NCBI GenBank assembly: GCA_965208125.1
Contig: OZ242320.1
Location: 3,862,482 to 3,926,481 of the forward strand
Length of the DNA: 64,000 bases
DNA from: Candidatus Latescibacterota bacterium
Lineage (GTDB): Bacteria; Latescibacterota; UBA2968
Reading direction: 5' to 3'
The notes below the pieces were generated by a model, which ran no database searches, was not told the origin of the DNA, and worked only from the letters and a program-made list of their open reading frames with translations. Below, in pieces: positions 44,131-53,461 of this stretch. A program made the translations under genes and the position numbers. Positions within the stretch are counted from its first letter, which is position 1; each line of letters starts with the position of its first letter.

Positions 44131-47103
44131 TCACCACCTGATGGACACGGGCGTCAGCAGCCCGGCGGCCTGGCGTTCCCGTCGGGCCGTCGCGGCTTTC
44201 CCTTTCAGGAAGAGCTCAGGCTGGTTCAAACCCAATAGGTTCGTCGCGCAACTCGTGACCTCTAACTCGATCTCGTTCGGTCCCGGCAACACGAGATCGG
44301 TAAGGTCGAACGTGTAGGGGCGCCAGAGGCGCGGTGCGAGACGATGCCCGTTGACAATCAGTGCTGCCACTGCGGCGACCTCCTCTGCATGAGCCCAGAC
44401 GCGGCCCCCCAGTGGCGGCAACTCGCATCGCCAGCGGTACCGTGCCGTGCCTGTGTAGTTTGGAAAGCCCGCCTCAGCCCATGACCCGGAGCCGAGACGC
44501 CCTCGTGTCTTGACCAGGCACCCGTCGTCCACGCAGAAATCGCCGCGGATCGCTGTGAGTGGCGGCGTGTGAGGCCCATCCCATCCGGGTGTGCGGCTCC
44601 GGAACGTGACCACATTCTCGCCCGGCACGACCAGAGCACGGATGTCTGCCCGCAGGTTGCGCCAATCCCAGATCCGCGCCCACTCGAAGCCGGTGAGCGG
44701 ACGTTCGTTGAGCTCGAGATGAAACGCTTCGGTCAGATCCTCGGTCACGATCTCGACTGGCTCCGCACCTTCCTCGATTCGGAAGGTCCACTTGAGCTCA
44801 TACTCGTCGCCGGGCTGAACCGCACATGTGGCGGGGAAGTGCAGTCCGTCAAGGTACTGCCACTCCTCGGCATCGGACGTCCGGACCTGCCAGGCGGCGG
44901 CCAGTAAATTCGCCTCGAGGAGTGAGAACTCGGCCTCGCCCAACACCATCTCCTGCGTCCAGCTCTGCTCCGGTCCCCGGCTGGCGCAGCCCGGCCCGTC
45001 GGTCCGGGCTGCAATAAGCGTCTGGAACGGAGCTAGGTCAACGTTCGCGTCGATACTCCCGGCGTCCCCTGTTTCGGGATCAAGGACTGTGTTGACGTCA
45101 GCAGGCAAGGGCACGGACACGCGCTCCGTTCCCTGGTTGTAGAGGAACAGCAGCGGCTCGCCGTCGAACACCCGCCGACTTGCCCGCACGGAGGACGGCA
45201 TCTCGGGCAGGGCCCGGAATTCGCGTGGAATGACGGCATCGAGGGCATTCCTCAGCGGGTCCCGGGCGTCGGGTGGCAGGTCGTTGCTCACGATCCAGGT
45301 CACGCGATCCCGGCCGAAGAGATGTGTGCCCGTCCCCTCCTGGAGTGCGGCGGCCGCTTCACGCCCCTCGTTGTCCGGCAGCGCCGAGAGATGATCGGTC
45401 ACTCGTTTGAGGAGCGCGGGATCGCCTTCCGCCCAGCCGGGCACGCTGTTGACGAAGACCGTGCGTCCCCCGGCTTCCAGGAAACCTGCCAGCTTCTCTG
45501 CGATCTTCCGAGTCAGGCAAGTGACGTTTGGCAAGATCAGCAGTTCATACTCAGCCTCGGCGGTCAGAACGGTCCCACGGTCCACGTTCGCAGAAGCCAG
45601 GACGTCCTCGAAGAGGTAGTCGTAGTCGACTCCGAGTTCCAGGAGCAGGTTTGTCACAGCAAGGAAGGCTTGCTGCATCGCCTCGAAGGCGGGCGGTCCC
45701 GGGACTCCCCGGGCCAGGTCTTCCGCACTACCCGCCCACTCACAGAACGCTGTGGTGATCGGGTGCAGTACGGCGACCTTCCCGGTGGACCGTGACAGAG
45801 CCAGCGTTTGGCAGATACGCGCGACATAGTCGCCGAACGTCCGATAGAACGGCCAGAACGGATTCTGGTGGCCGTGTGAGGGTGGATACCCGCCCGGCAG
45901 CACCTTGCGCATGCCGGCGATTGAGTAGTAGGCGCCCATGTACTGCAGGAGGTTGACACCGCCCAGGGAGAGCTTGTCGAAGATGATTTTCATCTGCTCG
46001 GGCGTGAGTTCCCAGCCGCTGCCCGTGTAGGTTTCGCAGAGCAGTCGGTCGCTTCCGAGCTGGCGGATGGCGGACCCCCCGCTCTTAGCGGCGACCATGA
46101 AGTGGTCGGCCTCGTGGTTCAGTCGAGGGAAGATGGCGTCGATCCCGGGGATGTCGAGCCAGCGGAGGCACCGGTAGAAATCTCCGAAGAAGAGAATGTT
46201 GTGGCGGAAAAGCTCCTCCCCCGAAAGGTGTCCCGTGAGCGTTAGCCCCTGCTCTCGGCACCACTCCGCGCACTGCCGGTAGTAGGCGCTCTCCAGGCGG
46301 TCGGTCAGGTAGTGCCAGTAGTCGCACCTGATTCTCCGGTAATCTCCCACGTTCGCCAGCAAGCTCGGGAGGTGCGCCGCGACGTCATAGCCATGGCGCT
46401 CAAGAAACGTTTCGCGCATGCCATGAGTCCAGGGGAGAGGGCGCTCGGACTCGCCGTAGAAGCCGGCCAGGCAGTACGACACCTCATCCGTAAAGAGGCC
46501 GGCAATCGTCTTGCCCAGCTCTCCAGGGAAACGGCTACGGTAGGCTTCATGAGTGAGCTCGATGAATGCCCGTACCGTCTCCGGGTCGGAAACATCGCCG
46601 TAGCCCTCTTGCCCCCAGCAGAAGGGCGACCACTGCGCAAAAGGGCATACCCCATTCTGTGGCGTCTCGTGGAAGACGGTCGCTTTGCCCGATTCGTCCA
46701 CGCATTGCCAGGCAGCGTGATCGTCCTGGGGTTCATGCTCCGATGCCTGATCGTCGCTCGTCACCACGAGCATGCGACGATCAGGGTTGTCGCGGATCAG
46801 GTACCCGCCTGCGGAGCCGCTGGGCCAGTTGTATTCGTCATAGATCCAGAAGCGCATGCCGTGCTTCTTGGCCTCATCGACAGCCCAGCCGATGGCCTCG
46901 AACATTTCCTCGGACAGGTAATCGACCGGGAAACCGTACATGGGGTGGATGTAGAAATCGAGGATGCCTGCGTCCCTGAAGTCCCGTACCTGTCGGCGCA
47001 CCTCGTCTTCCTCAAGCGGGGCGTTCCAGAACCACATGATGTGCGGACGGTAGTCGTCCCCAGGTGTGGCGAACTGCTTGATGAAGTCGTTGCTCAGGGG
47101 CAT
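44131..47103 (-). CDS. large glycoside-hydrolase-like protein (family uncertain), no signal peptide
   Basis: 990 aa. The N-terminus (DDYRPHIMWFWNAPLEEDEVRRQVRDFRDAGILDFYIHPMYG…WIYDEYNWPSG) resembles the TIM-barrel start of rhamnosidase/GH106-type and related uncharacterised glycosidases. The C-terminus has galactose-binding-like sandwiches. This is pattern recognition only. Confidence 0.45.
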   Translation of the reverse strand: MPLSNDFIKQFATPGDDYRPHIMWFWNAPLEEDEVRRQVRDFRDAGILDFYIHPMYGFPVDYLSEEMFEAIGWAVDEAKKHGMRFWIYDEYNWPSGSAGGYLIRDNPDRRMLVVTSDDQASEHEPQDDHAAWQCVDESGKATVFHETPQNGVCPFAQWSPFCWGQEGYGDVSDPETVRAFIELTHEAYRSRFPGELGKTIAGLFTDEVSYCLAGFYGESERPLPWTHGMRETFLERHGYDVAAHLPSLLANVGDYRRIRCDYWHYLTDRLESAYYRQCAEWCREQGLTLTGHLSGEELFRHNILFFGDFYRCLRWLDIPGIDAIFPRLNHEADHFMVAAKSGGSAIRQLGSDRLLCETYTGSGWELTPEQMKIIFDKLSLGGVNLLQYMGAYYSIAGMRKVLPGGYPPSHGHQNPFWPFYRTFGDYVARICQTLALSRSTGKVAVLHPITTAFCEWAGSAEDLARGVPGPPAFEAMQQAFLAVTNLLLELGVDYDYLFEDVLASANVDRGTVLTAEAEYELLILPNVTCLTRKIAEKLAGFLEAGGRTVFVNSVPGWAEGDPALLKRVTDHLSALPDNEGREAAAALQEGTGTHLFGRDRVTWIVSNDLPPDARDPLRNALDAVIPREFRALPEMPSSVRASRRVFDGEPLLFLYNQGTERVSVPLPADVNTVLDPETGDAGSIDANVDLAPFQTLIAARTDGPGCASRGPEQSWTQEMVLGEAEFSLLEANLLAAAWQVRTSDAEEWQYLDGLHFPATCAVQPGDEYELKWTFRIEEGAEPVEIVTEDLTEAFHLELNERPLTGFEWARIWDWRNLRADIRALVVPGENVVTFRSRTPGWDGPHTPPLTAIRGDFCVDDGCLVKTRGRLGSGSWAEAGFPNYTGTARYRWRCELPPLGGRVWAHAEEVAAVAALIVNGHRLAPRLWRPYTFDLTDLVLPGPNEIELEVTSCATNLLGLNQPELFLKGKAATARRERQAAGLLTPVSIRW

Positions 47104-47113
47104 CTATCACCTC

Positions 47114-48511
47114 TCAGTCATTTTCGAATAATTCCGTCAGTATTGCCACCGTCGCTTCGACGATGCGCTCCAACGAGTCCGGCGCAAACTTGGCCCAGTA
47201 GGTGCAGTTGGCGTTGGTTTCGTGCCCTGGTCTTGCGCAGGCGTCGCTCGTGGGGAGGTAGCCGACGTATTGCGTGGACATGTGAGCGATGAAGGTGAGC
47301 TTCGCAGGCGACCTGGTCTTAATCTCCAATTGACCTTCCACGAACGGCTCGCCGGGCAGAGAAATGATAGCCATGTCGCCGATGCGGAAGACCTGGATTT
47401 CATACATGAATTGCGGCTCACGATTTCGGCAAAGCTCGATGCTTTTCGTCGATGCGGCATGAAACCATGTGGGATCTACTTCGCCGTTGTCTTGTAGTTT
47501 CAGCGTTGGGTGTTCGGCCAGAATGCGGTTGACCTGGTCTTGCCGATCGTTGGGAATATCGCGATACGCCAGAGGGATTTTTTTGAAACGCCAATCGATC
47601 GAATCAACGTCTGCAAAGCTCAGCGATTCGATGACGGCCTGTGTGGTGTCCGCCAATTCATTCCCCATGCGCACGTGGTCGGGCGTGAAGTTGGGGGTAA
47701 AGGCAGGCCATGGATTGACGTTGCCACAACATCCGTTGATGACCATGGGCGGGCAAGTCAGACTGTTCAGGTCTTTGACTTTTGCGCTCCACGCGCCGGG
47801 CCAGTCGGCGCAGACGGTATTTTTTTCCCGAGCAAACACGTTGACCGGATGACAGGTAAAGTGCAGCAGCATCGCGGCCACATCACCCGCGGCCGATTGC
47901 GCGCACCACACACCCACCTGTGGGTCGGCAGGGCCTTCCATGTAAACGATGTCTGTCGGCCCCAGGGGTTTGGCGTCACTGGTGAAGGGCCACGGCATGC
48001 AGATATTGCCGCCGCGCATCACGCCACGCCGATTAAAGGCCAGGTCGTCGCGAACGGCATGCCCCATGGCGACCTGCACTGGCGTTAACGCATCGTTCGC
48101 TTCCCGGATCGCGCGGGTCGCGCCGGCGACGGCCTGCTTCGTATAAGCGGCTTCACTACCGGTGATGTGCTCCTGATTAGCTCTCAGGTCAAGCGGGAAA
48201 TCCGGGTCGAGCATGAGGGCGCCGCAACTCGGTGCCGAGTGATTCTGCAACGAATGCACCATCACGGCGTGGGGTTCAAAGCCCAGCGCGACAGCGCTTT
48301 CTCGAATGGCCCGGGTGTAGGGCAAAGTAACCGCCAACGTGTCTAACGTGATGATACACAATTTCGCGTCTTTGGCCTGGGCGACCATCACTTTGGCGTA
48401 AAGTGGATCGAGGATTTTTCGAGCAGGGCGGTGTTCTCCCATGCCGCTTCCGGCCAGGTGCGTGCCCAAAGGCGGTGTGATGCCGACGGCGGCTTGGCCT
48501 ATTTGAAGCAT
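47114..48511 (-). CDS. ceramidase-N-domain-like Zn amidohydrolase, paralog P4
   Basis: 465 aa. AAVGITPPLGTHLAG, LQNHSAPS, LLHFTCHPVNVFA and NGCCGNVNPWPAF. Confidence 0.6.
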   Translation of the reverse strand: MLQIGQAAVGITPPLGTHLAGSGMGEHRPARKILDPLYAKVMVAQAKDAKLCIITLDTLAVTLPYTRAIRESAVALGFEPHAVMVHSLQNHSAPSCGALMLDPDFPLDLRANQEHITGSEAAYTKQAVAGATRAIREANDALTPVQVAMGHAVRDDLAFNRRGVMRGGNICMPWPFTSDAKPLGPTDIVYMEGPADPQVGVWCAQSAAGDVAAMLLHFTCHPVNVFAREKNTVCADWPGAWSAKVKDLNSLTCPPMVINGCCGNVNPWPAFTPNFTPDHVRMGNELADTTQAVIESLSFADVDSIDWRFKKIPLAYRDIPNDRQDQVNRILAEHPTLKLQDNGEVDPTWFHAASTKSIELCRNREPQFMYEIQVFRIGDMAIISLPGEPFVEGQLEIKTRSPAKLTFIAHMSTQYVGYLPTSDACARPGHETNANCTYWAKFAPDSLERIVEATVAILTELFEND

Positions 48512-48730
48512 AGCACAACATCCTTGACGGGGAATGACCGGGTTTTTGGCTGAATTAATTCAATATACTCTGTATTTATGGTGAGTAATACTGAAATCGA
48601 ACTGGGTAAGGCAAGCGTTATTTGAATTATAACTTGCACCATCACCCCATCAGGGATAAATTGCAGACGAAGGTCGTTTAACCTATCCATATCGTCATAG
48701 GAATAAAAGCCGAGATCACTAATTATCTTT

Positions 48731-49567
48731 ATGCACTGGCTCTTTTTTTCTATTATCCTCGACTTCGGTTTTGTCCAGCTTTTCAAGCTGGGACAAAGAC
48801 GCGGCTGTTACGCGCCAGTGGTTGTTTCTGTAAACTACCTCGTCTTGGCTCTCGCAATTGCCATTTATCTCTTTGTTACCGATGCGTGGACATTTCCCCG
48901 TCTTGCCCTTTATACGGGGTTGGGAACTGGTACGGTTTTTATCAGTTCCATGTTGCTGATGAATCACGCGCTTACCCTCGCGCCTATCGGTTCTGTGGTT
49001 ACGGCTTTTCGAATGTCCATTGTCGTGCCCATTGTGCTGGGTATTTATCTCTGGGGCGAGTCTATGGCCCCAACGCAGTTTGTGGGGCTGCTTCTCGCGC
49101 TCAGTGCTCTGGCACTTATGACTTCTCATCCGGGCAGAACCGCGCAAGTCAGAGGAATAAGAGCGTTTGGGTTGCTTATCGCGGTTTGTCTCTGTCAGGG
49201 TATAAGCCATACGTGCTTGCGATCTGTTCACTACAATGGTCTCGATCCCGTCTATTTACATGTCTTGATGTTCATCGGAGCAACCGCTGGACTGATAGGT
49301 GGTGTTGTCATTGCCCTGAAAAAACACCGACCACAAGGACCTGCGGTCAAACTCGGCGTTTTCATCGGTCTTTACAATGTCCTGGCGCTTTGCGTCATTA
49401 TGACCGCATTAAGCAAGTTGCCAGGCACGCTTTTTTTTCCGACATTGGGATGTAGCGTTGTTGTGCTGGATAACCTCTTTGCCCATTTCTACTGGAAAGA
49501 ACGCCTCGCCCGACCCGCGATAGCCGGTGTGGGGATCGCTGTTCTTGCCGTTCTTCTGGTTTTGTGA
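48731..49567 (+). CDS. DMT-superfamily (EamA-like) membrane transporter
   Basis: 278 aa with about 10 hydrophobic segments in two similar halves. No stronger motif evidence. Confidence 0.5.
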   Translation: MHWLFFSIILDFGFVQLFKLGQRRGCYAPVVVSVNYLVLALAIAIYLFVTDAWTFPRLALYTGLGTGTVFISSMLLMNHALTLAPIGSVVTAFRMSIVVPIVLGIYLWGESMAPTQFVGLLLALSALALMTSHPGRTAQVRGIRAFGLLIAVCLCQGISHTCLRSVHYNGLDPVYLHVLMFIGATAGLIGGVVIALKKHRPQGPAVKLGVFIGLYNVLALCVIMTALSKLPGTLFFPTLGCSVVVLDNLFAHFYWKERLARPAIAGVGIAVLAVLLVL

Positions 49568-49580
49568 ACAGGAGCTTTTT

Positions 49581-50918
49581 ATGAGCCGACCCAATATTGT
49601 TTTTGTATTCGCCGATGACTGGGGATGGGGCGATTTGAGTTGTTATGGACATCCCCATGCCAGGACGCCAAATCTGGACCGCCTCGCCGCACAGGGTACT
49701 CTTTTTTCTCAATTCTACGTTTGCTCTGGGGTTTGTTCCCCAAGCCGTGCCGCTGTTATGACCGGGCGTTTTCCAGCGCACTGGGGCATACACGGGCATT
49801 TTGCGCAGCACGAACAAAACGCGTCACGGGGCATGCCCAATTTTCTCGATCCCGATGCGGTTACAGTTACTGGTCTGTTACAACAAAGCGGTTACGCAGT
49901 GGGACACTTTGGCAAGTGGCATCTCGGTAGCGGCAAGGGCGCGCCCGCGCCTTATGATTACGGTATTGACGAGAGTAAAATTAATGTGGGAAATGGCCCG
50001 TTGCTCGATTTTACCGATTTGCAGACTGGCGAGGGCCGCAGCCGCTCTACAGAGGTGATTATTGACGAAACGATTGGTTTTATTGAGCGCAACAAAAACG
50101 AGCCTTTTTTTGTTCAGGCATGGCTCAACGATACCCACGCGATTCTCGATCCGACTGAAGAACAGATGGAGCCTTACAAGCAATTCACGGCGAATGGTCT
50201 GGAAGACAAACACAAGGGCGCGTTGCGGATTTACTATTCGGTTGTTACCAATGCAGACCGCCACATTGGCCGCCTGATGGATAAACTCGACGAATTGAAT
50301 TTGAGCGATAATACCATTGTCATTTTTTCTGCGGACAACGGTCCCGAAGATATCCATATTCGCAATGCCACGCATAGCGGCGTCGGTTCTTCCGGTCCTT
50401 TTCGCGGTCGCAAACGCAGTCTCTATGAAGGCGGTGTGCGTACGCCTTTTATTATTCGCTGGCCCAATGGCGTTTCTGCCGGGCGGATTGATAACGATAC
50501 GCCGATTTGCGCGGTCGATTTTTTGCCCACTTTTTGCAATCTGGCTGGCGTTGATATCGGTGGTCTGGTGCTCGACGGGGAAGATATGACCGATGCATTG
50601 CGCGGTCACAGTGTTATAAGAAAAAAACCGCTTATGTGGGAATGGCGGTTCAATATTGCCGGACATTGTTTGCACAAAAGCCCCATGCTTTCCATCCGCG
50701 AAGGCGATTGGAAATTGCTTTTGAATCCCGACCGCAGCCGCGTCGAACTTTTCAATATTCCGCGAGATCCTATGGAACTCAACAATCGCGCAGAATATAT
50801 GCCAGAGCGCGTCGCGGAAATGGCTGATCGGGTGCTGGCATGGCAAGATACCCTGCCCGAAGGTCCGATTGATGCCAATGCGGGGTCCAATGCGTATCCC
50901 TGGCCCGGCACGTTTTAG
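49581..50918 (+). CDS. sulfatase (Cys-type formylglycine enzyme), no signal peptide
   Basis: Start set to ATG 49581 (AGGAG at 49570-49574), since the listed 49527 start overlaps the previous gene. IVFVFADDWGWGD, the FGly motif C-S-P-S-R (49734-49748) followed by AAVMTGR, and GKWHLG. Confidence 0.85.
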   Translation: MSRPNIVFVFADDWGWGDLSCYGHPHARTPNLDRLAAQGTLFSQFYVCSGVCSPSRAAVMTGRFPAHWGIHGHFAQHEQNASRGMPNFLDPDAVTVTGLLQQSGYAVGHFGKWHLGSGKGAPAPYDYGIDESKINVGNGPLLDFTDLQTGEGRSRSTEVIIDETIGFIERNKNEPFFVQAWLNDTHAILDPTEEQMEPYKQFTANGLEDKHKGALRIYYSVVTNADRHIGRLMDKLDELNLSDNTIVIFSADNGPEDIHIRNATHSGVGSSGPFRGRKRSLYEGGVRTPFIIRWPNGVSAGRIDNDTPICAVDFLPTFCNLAGVDIGGLVLDGEDMTDALRGHSVIRKKPLMWEWRFNIAGHCLHKSPMLSIREGDWKLLLNPDRSRVELFNIPRDPMELNNRAEYMPERVAEMADRVLAWQDTLPEGPIDANAGSNAYPWPGTF

Positions 50919-50921
50919 AAT

Positions 50922-51323
50922 ATGGACGCACGTAAAACTGTACACGCCTATTTTGACGCGCTTACTGCGGAAGACGCCCGGCGATTGATCGGTCTTATGT
51001 CTCGTGCGCCCTATTATGTCAAAATAGGTACAGATGAAAACGAATATATCCAGGGTTGTGAAAATATGCCCGAGTACTATCGTCACCATGTGGATAGTAC
51101 AGAGGATTTTGCCATTACATGCGATTATCTCGATGTTCAGGAGCGCGAGGCAGTTGCATGGTTTTACACACGTCAGACCTGGAATCTCAAATGGCAGGGC
51201 CAGCGCGAACAATTGGCTATGCGTTTGACGGGTGTTCTCGAAAAAGAAGATGATCAGTGGAAATTTGTTCAGATCCACGCTTCACTCGGTGTACCTGAAT
51301 CAGGAGATATGCACGATGGATGA
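50922..51323 (+). CDS. NTF2-like (SnoaL/DUF4440-type) small protein
   Basis: 133 aa. VHAYFDALTAEDARRL at the N-terminus and a W-rich beta-sheet half are typical of the NTF2-like fold. The call is weak. Confidence 0.45.
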   Translation: MDARKTVHAYFDALTAEDARRLIGLMSRAPYYVKIGTDENEYIQGCENMPEYYRHHVDSTEDFAITCDYLDVQEREAVAWFYTRQTWNLKWQGQREQLAMRLTGVLEKEDDQWKFVQIHASLGVPESGDMHDG

Positions 51324-52539
51324 ACTCGCCATTAACGGTGGAGAAAAGGCCAAAACCGTTCCGTACAATCAACCGAATAAATACACAGATGAAGAGCGCG
51401 AATTGTTGCTCGAGGTTCTCGATTCGGGTAAACTGATGGGGCCGGATGGAAAAGTCGCGGATTTTGAAGCTGAAATTTGTCGCGCATTCGATGTCAAGCA
51501 CGCGATTATGGTGACATCTGGCACGGCTGCACTGCAAACAGCCCTTGCCGCGCTCGGAGTTTCTGAAGGCGATGAGGTTATTACCACGCCTATGACGGAT
51601 TTTGGCACGACTGCGGCGATACTCGCGCTGCACGCTATCCCGATTTTTTCTGATATCGATTTGTCAACCCGCTTGCTCGATCCGCAAAGGGTGCGCGAGA
51701 AAATTACAGATAAGACCAGGGTTATTATTACCGTCCACATGGCCGGTATGCCGTGTGAGATGGATGCGTTTCTGGAGATTAGCGAGGAAACAGGGGTTAA
51801 AATCCTCGAAGACTGCGCGCAGGCACACGGCGCGACTTATCGGGGGCGGTTTGTCGGTGCGATTGGACACGCCGCGGGATTTTCCATGAATGAGTCCAAG
51901 CAGATTTCCACTGGCGATGGCGGTTTTGTCACGACCAATGACGATGAAACCGCTGAAATCGCCCGTCTTTTCCGAGATAAAACCTATTTGCGTGGTCAGA
52001 AACTCGAACGCGGTGTGCAACCTATTCCTTTTTTGGGCACTAATTTGCGTCCGACCTGCTTGCAAGCCGCTGTCGCTATTGCGCAACTCCACAAGCTCGA
52101 GTATCTCGTTGCCCGCCGCGATCAGATTGTTAGGCGATACTATGCCGAACTCGGGGATCTGCCTCATCTCGATTTTCCGAAAATTGCCGATAAAGCCCAC
52201 CCGTCGTGGTGGCCGCTTGCCATTCGCTATACGGGTAGCACGCCAACGCGGGATGAACTCGTCGCTATTTTTCGCGCCGAGGGCATTTCCATCAATACGA
52301 GCATGTCCGCAGTGAAAAATATTTTACGCACGGAAGTCATTCAGAAACGCAAGTACTATCCTTTAACGGACGATATTCCGATATTCTGGCAATATACCGC
52401 GTACAATCCCGACGACTGCCCCAATGTCGATACCCTGCAAGCCACTTGTCTGCGCCTTCCCGTGAATGAACGCTATACGGACGAGGATATTGATCAGACG
52501 ATTGCGGCGGTGAAGAAGGTTTGGGCGCATTATTTTTAG
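51316..52539 (+). CDS. DegT/DnrJ/EryC1/StrS-family PLP-dependent (amino)sugar aminotransferase/dehydratase
   Basis: Start at ATG 51316 (AGGAG upstream, overlapping the previous stop by 8 nt). TSGTAALQ, DEVITTP, DCAQAHGA and SMNESKQISTGDGG (PLP Lys). Confidence 0.8.
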   Translation: MDELAINGGEKAKTVPYNQPNKYTDEERELLLEVLDSGKLMGPDGKVADFEAEICRAFDVKHAIMVTSGTAALQTALAALGVSEGDEVITTPMTDFGTTAAILALHAIPIFSDIDLSTRLLDPQRVREKITDKTRVIITVHMAGMPCEMDAFLEISEETGVKILEDCAQAHGATYRGRFVGAIGHAAGFSMNESKQISTGDGGFVTTNDDETAEIARLFRDKTYLRGQKLERGVQPIPFLGTNLRPTCLQAAVAIAQLHKLEYLVARRDQIVRRYYAELGDLPHLDFPKIADKAHPSWWPLAIRYTGSTPTRDELVAIFRAEGISINTSMSAVKNILRTEVIQKRKYYPLTDDIPIFWQYTAYNPDDCPNVDTLQATCLRLPVNERYTDEDIDQTIAAVKKVWAHYF

Positions 52540-52623
52540 ATAGCGTTGTTTGTTGTCTTGACCGATCATTCAGAAGTGAGTAAATTGTCCATCGCAAATC
52601 TACAATAACTGGTAAAGCTAACC

Positions 52624-53445
52624 ATGCCTATAGATATTGAATCCGGCATTCGCCGTCCCAAAATTGATATGCACTGCCATGTCTGGCTTATGGATGGGTG
52701 GGAGCAGTCCGCTGATCATCTCGTCGCTTCGGGTGATATGCTCGGTATTACCGAATACTGGTGTTCCTCCGTTATCCAGCAGGGCATTCTGGCACCTGTT
52801 GAGGATGTTCCTCCTCACAACAATACTATTTTGAGCGCGATGGCGCGCCATCCCAAACGCATTCGCGGCTGGTGTTTTGTCATTCCCGGTCATTTTCAAG
52901 GTGCTATAGACGAAGCAGAGCGCTGTCTTGATGCGGGCATGATTGGCATTAAGCTCTACAATCAGTACCGCATCGATGATCCGGTTTTGCACCCTGTTCT
53001 CGAATTGGCGAGCGAACGCCGCGTACCCATTCTTCAGCATGCGGGATATCCCGTTCCCGAACACCGCGCAAGCCAGCCGCTCATTTCACACGGTATTCAT
53101 TTTAGCGAAGCCAGTGAAAAATATCCCGATGCGATTCTCGTTCACGCCCATATCGGGGGTGGGGGCGATTGGGAACACACTGTGCGCGAAATGCGCCAGG
53201 CGTCTCCCAATGTTTATGTCGATGTGTCGGGTAGCAACCTGGACGATGGACAGGTCGAATACGCGGTTTCAGAACTCGGTGTCGAGCGCGTGCTTTTTGG
53301 CACCGATGGCACGATGGCTGGCTCAGTGGGCAAAGTTCTCGATGCAGATCTTACAGAGGACGAACGCGAACACATTTTTTGGACCAATGCCGAGCGCATT
53401 CTCGCGCAACAGGGGGCTACGCCTACAGAACCTCGTAACAATTAA
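52624..53445 (+). CDS. Amidohydro_2-family metal-dependent hydrolase (TIM barrel; lactonase/decarboxylase-type family)
   Basis: 273 aa. IDMHCHVW (HxH), GIKLY, LQHAG, HAHIGGG and LFGTDG. Confidence 0.7.
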   Translation: MPIDIESGIRRPKIDMHCHVWLMDGWEQSADHLVASGDMLGITEYWCSSVIQQGILAPVEDVPPHNNTILSAMARHPKRIRGWCFVIPGHFQGAIDEAERCLDAGMIGIKLYNQYRIDDPVLHPVLELASERRVPILQHAGYPVPEHRASQPLISHGIHFSEASEKYPDAILVHAHIGGGGDWEHTVREMRQASPNVYVDVSGSNLDDGQVEYAVSELGVERVLFGTDGTMAGSVGKVLDADLTEDEREHIFWTNAERILAQQGATPTEPRNN

Positions 53446-53461
53446 AGGAAGAAAACATCAA

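Noticed and set aside
48499-48786. 95-aa minus-strand ORF filling the divergent spacer between the P4 ceramidase-like gene and the DMT transporter gene
   Set aside because: It overlaps both flanking gene starts, has no RBS and no motif, and lies in AT-rich DNA that is more plausibly the shared promoter region.
49878-51278. 466-aa ORF on the minus strand, spanning the antisense of the second sulfatase and the NTF2-like gene
   Set aside because: It lies antisense to two sense genes with strong family motifs. Its sequence is low-complexity and rich in R, I, N and F, with no recognisable motif and no RBS. I read it as a shadow ORF produced by the codon bias of the sense strand.
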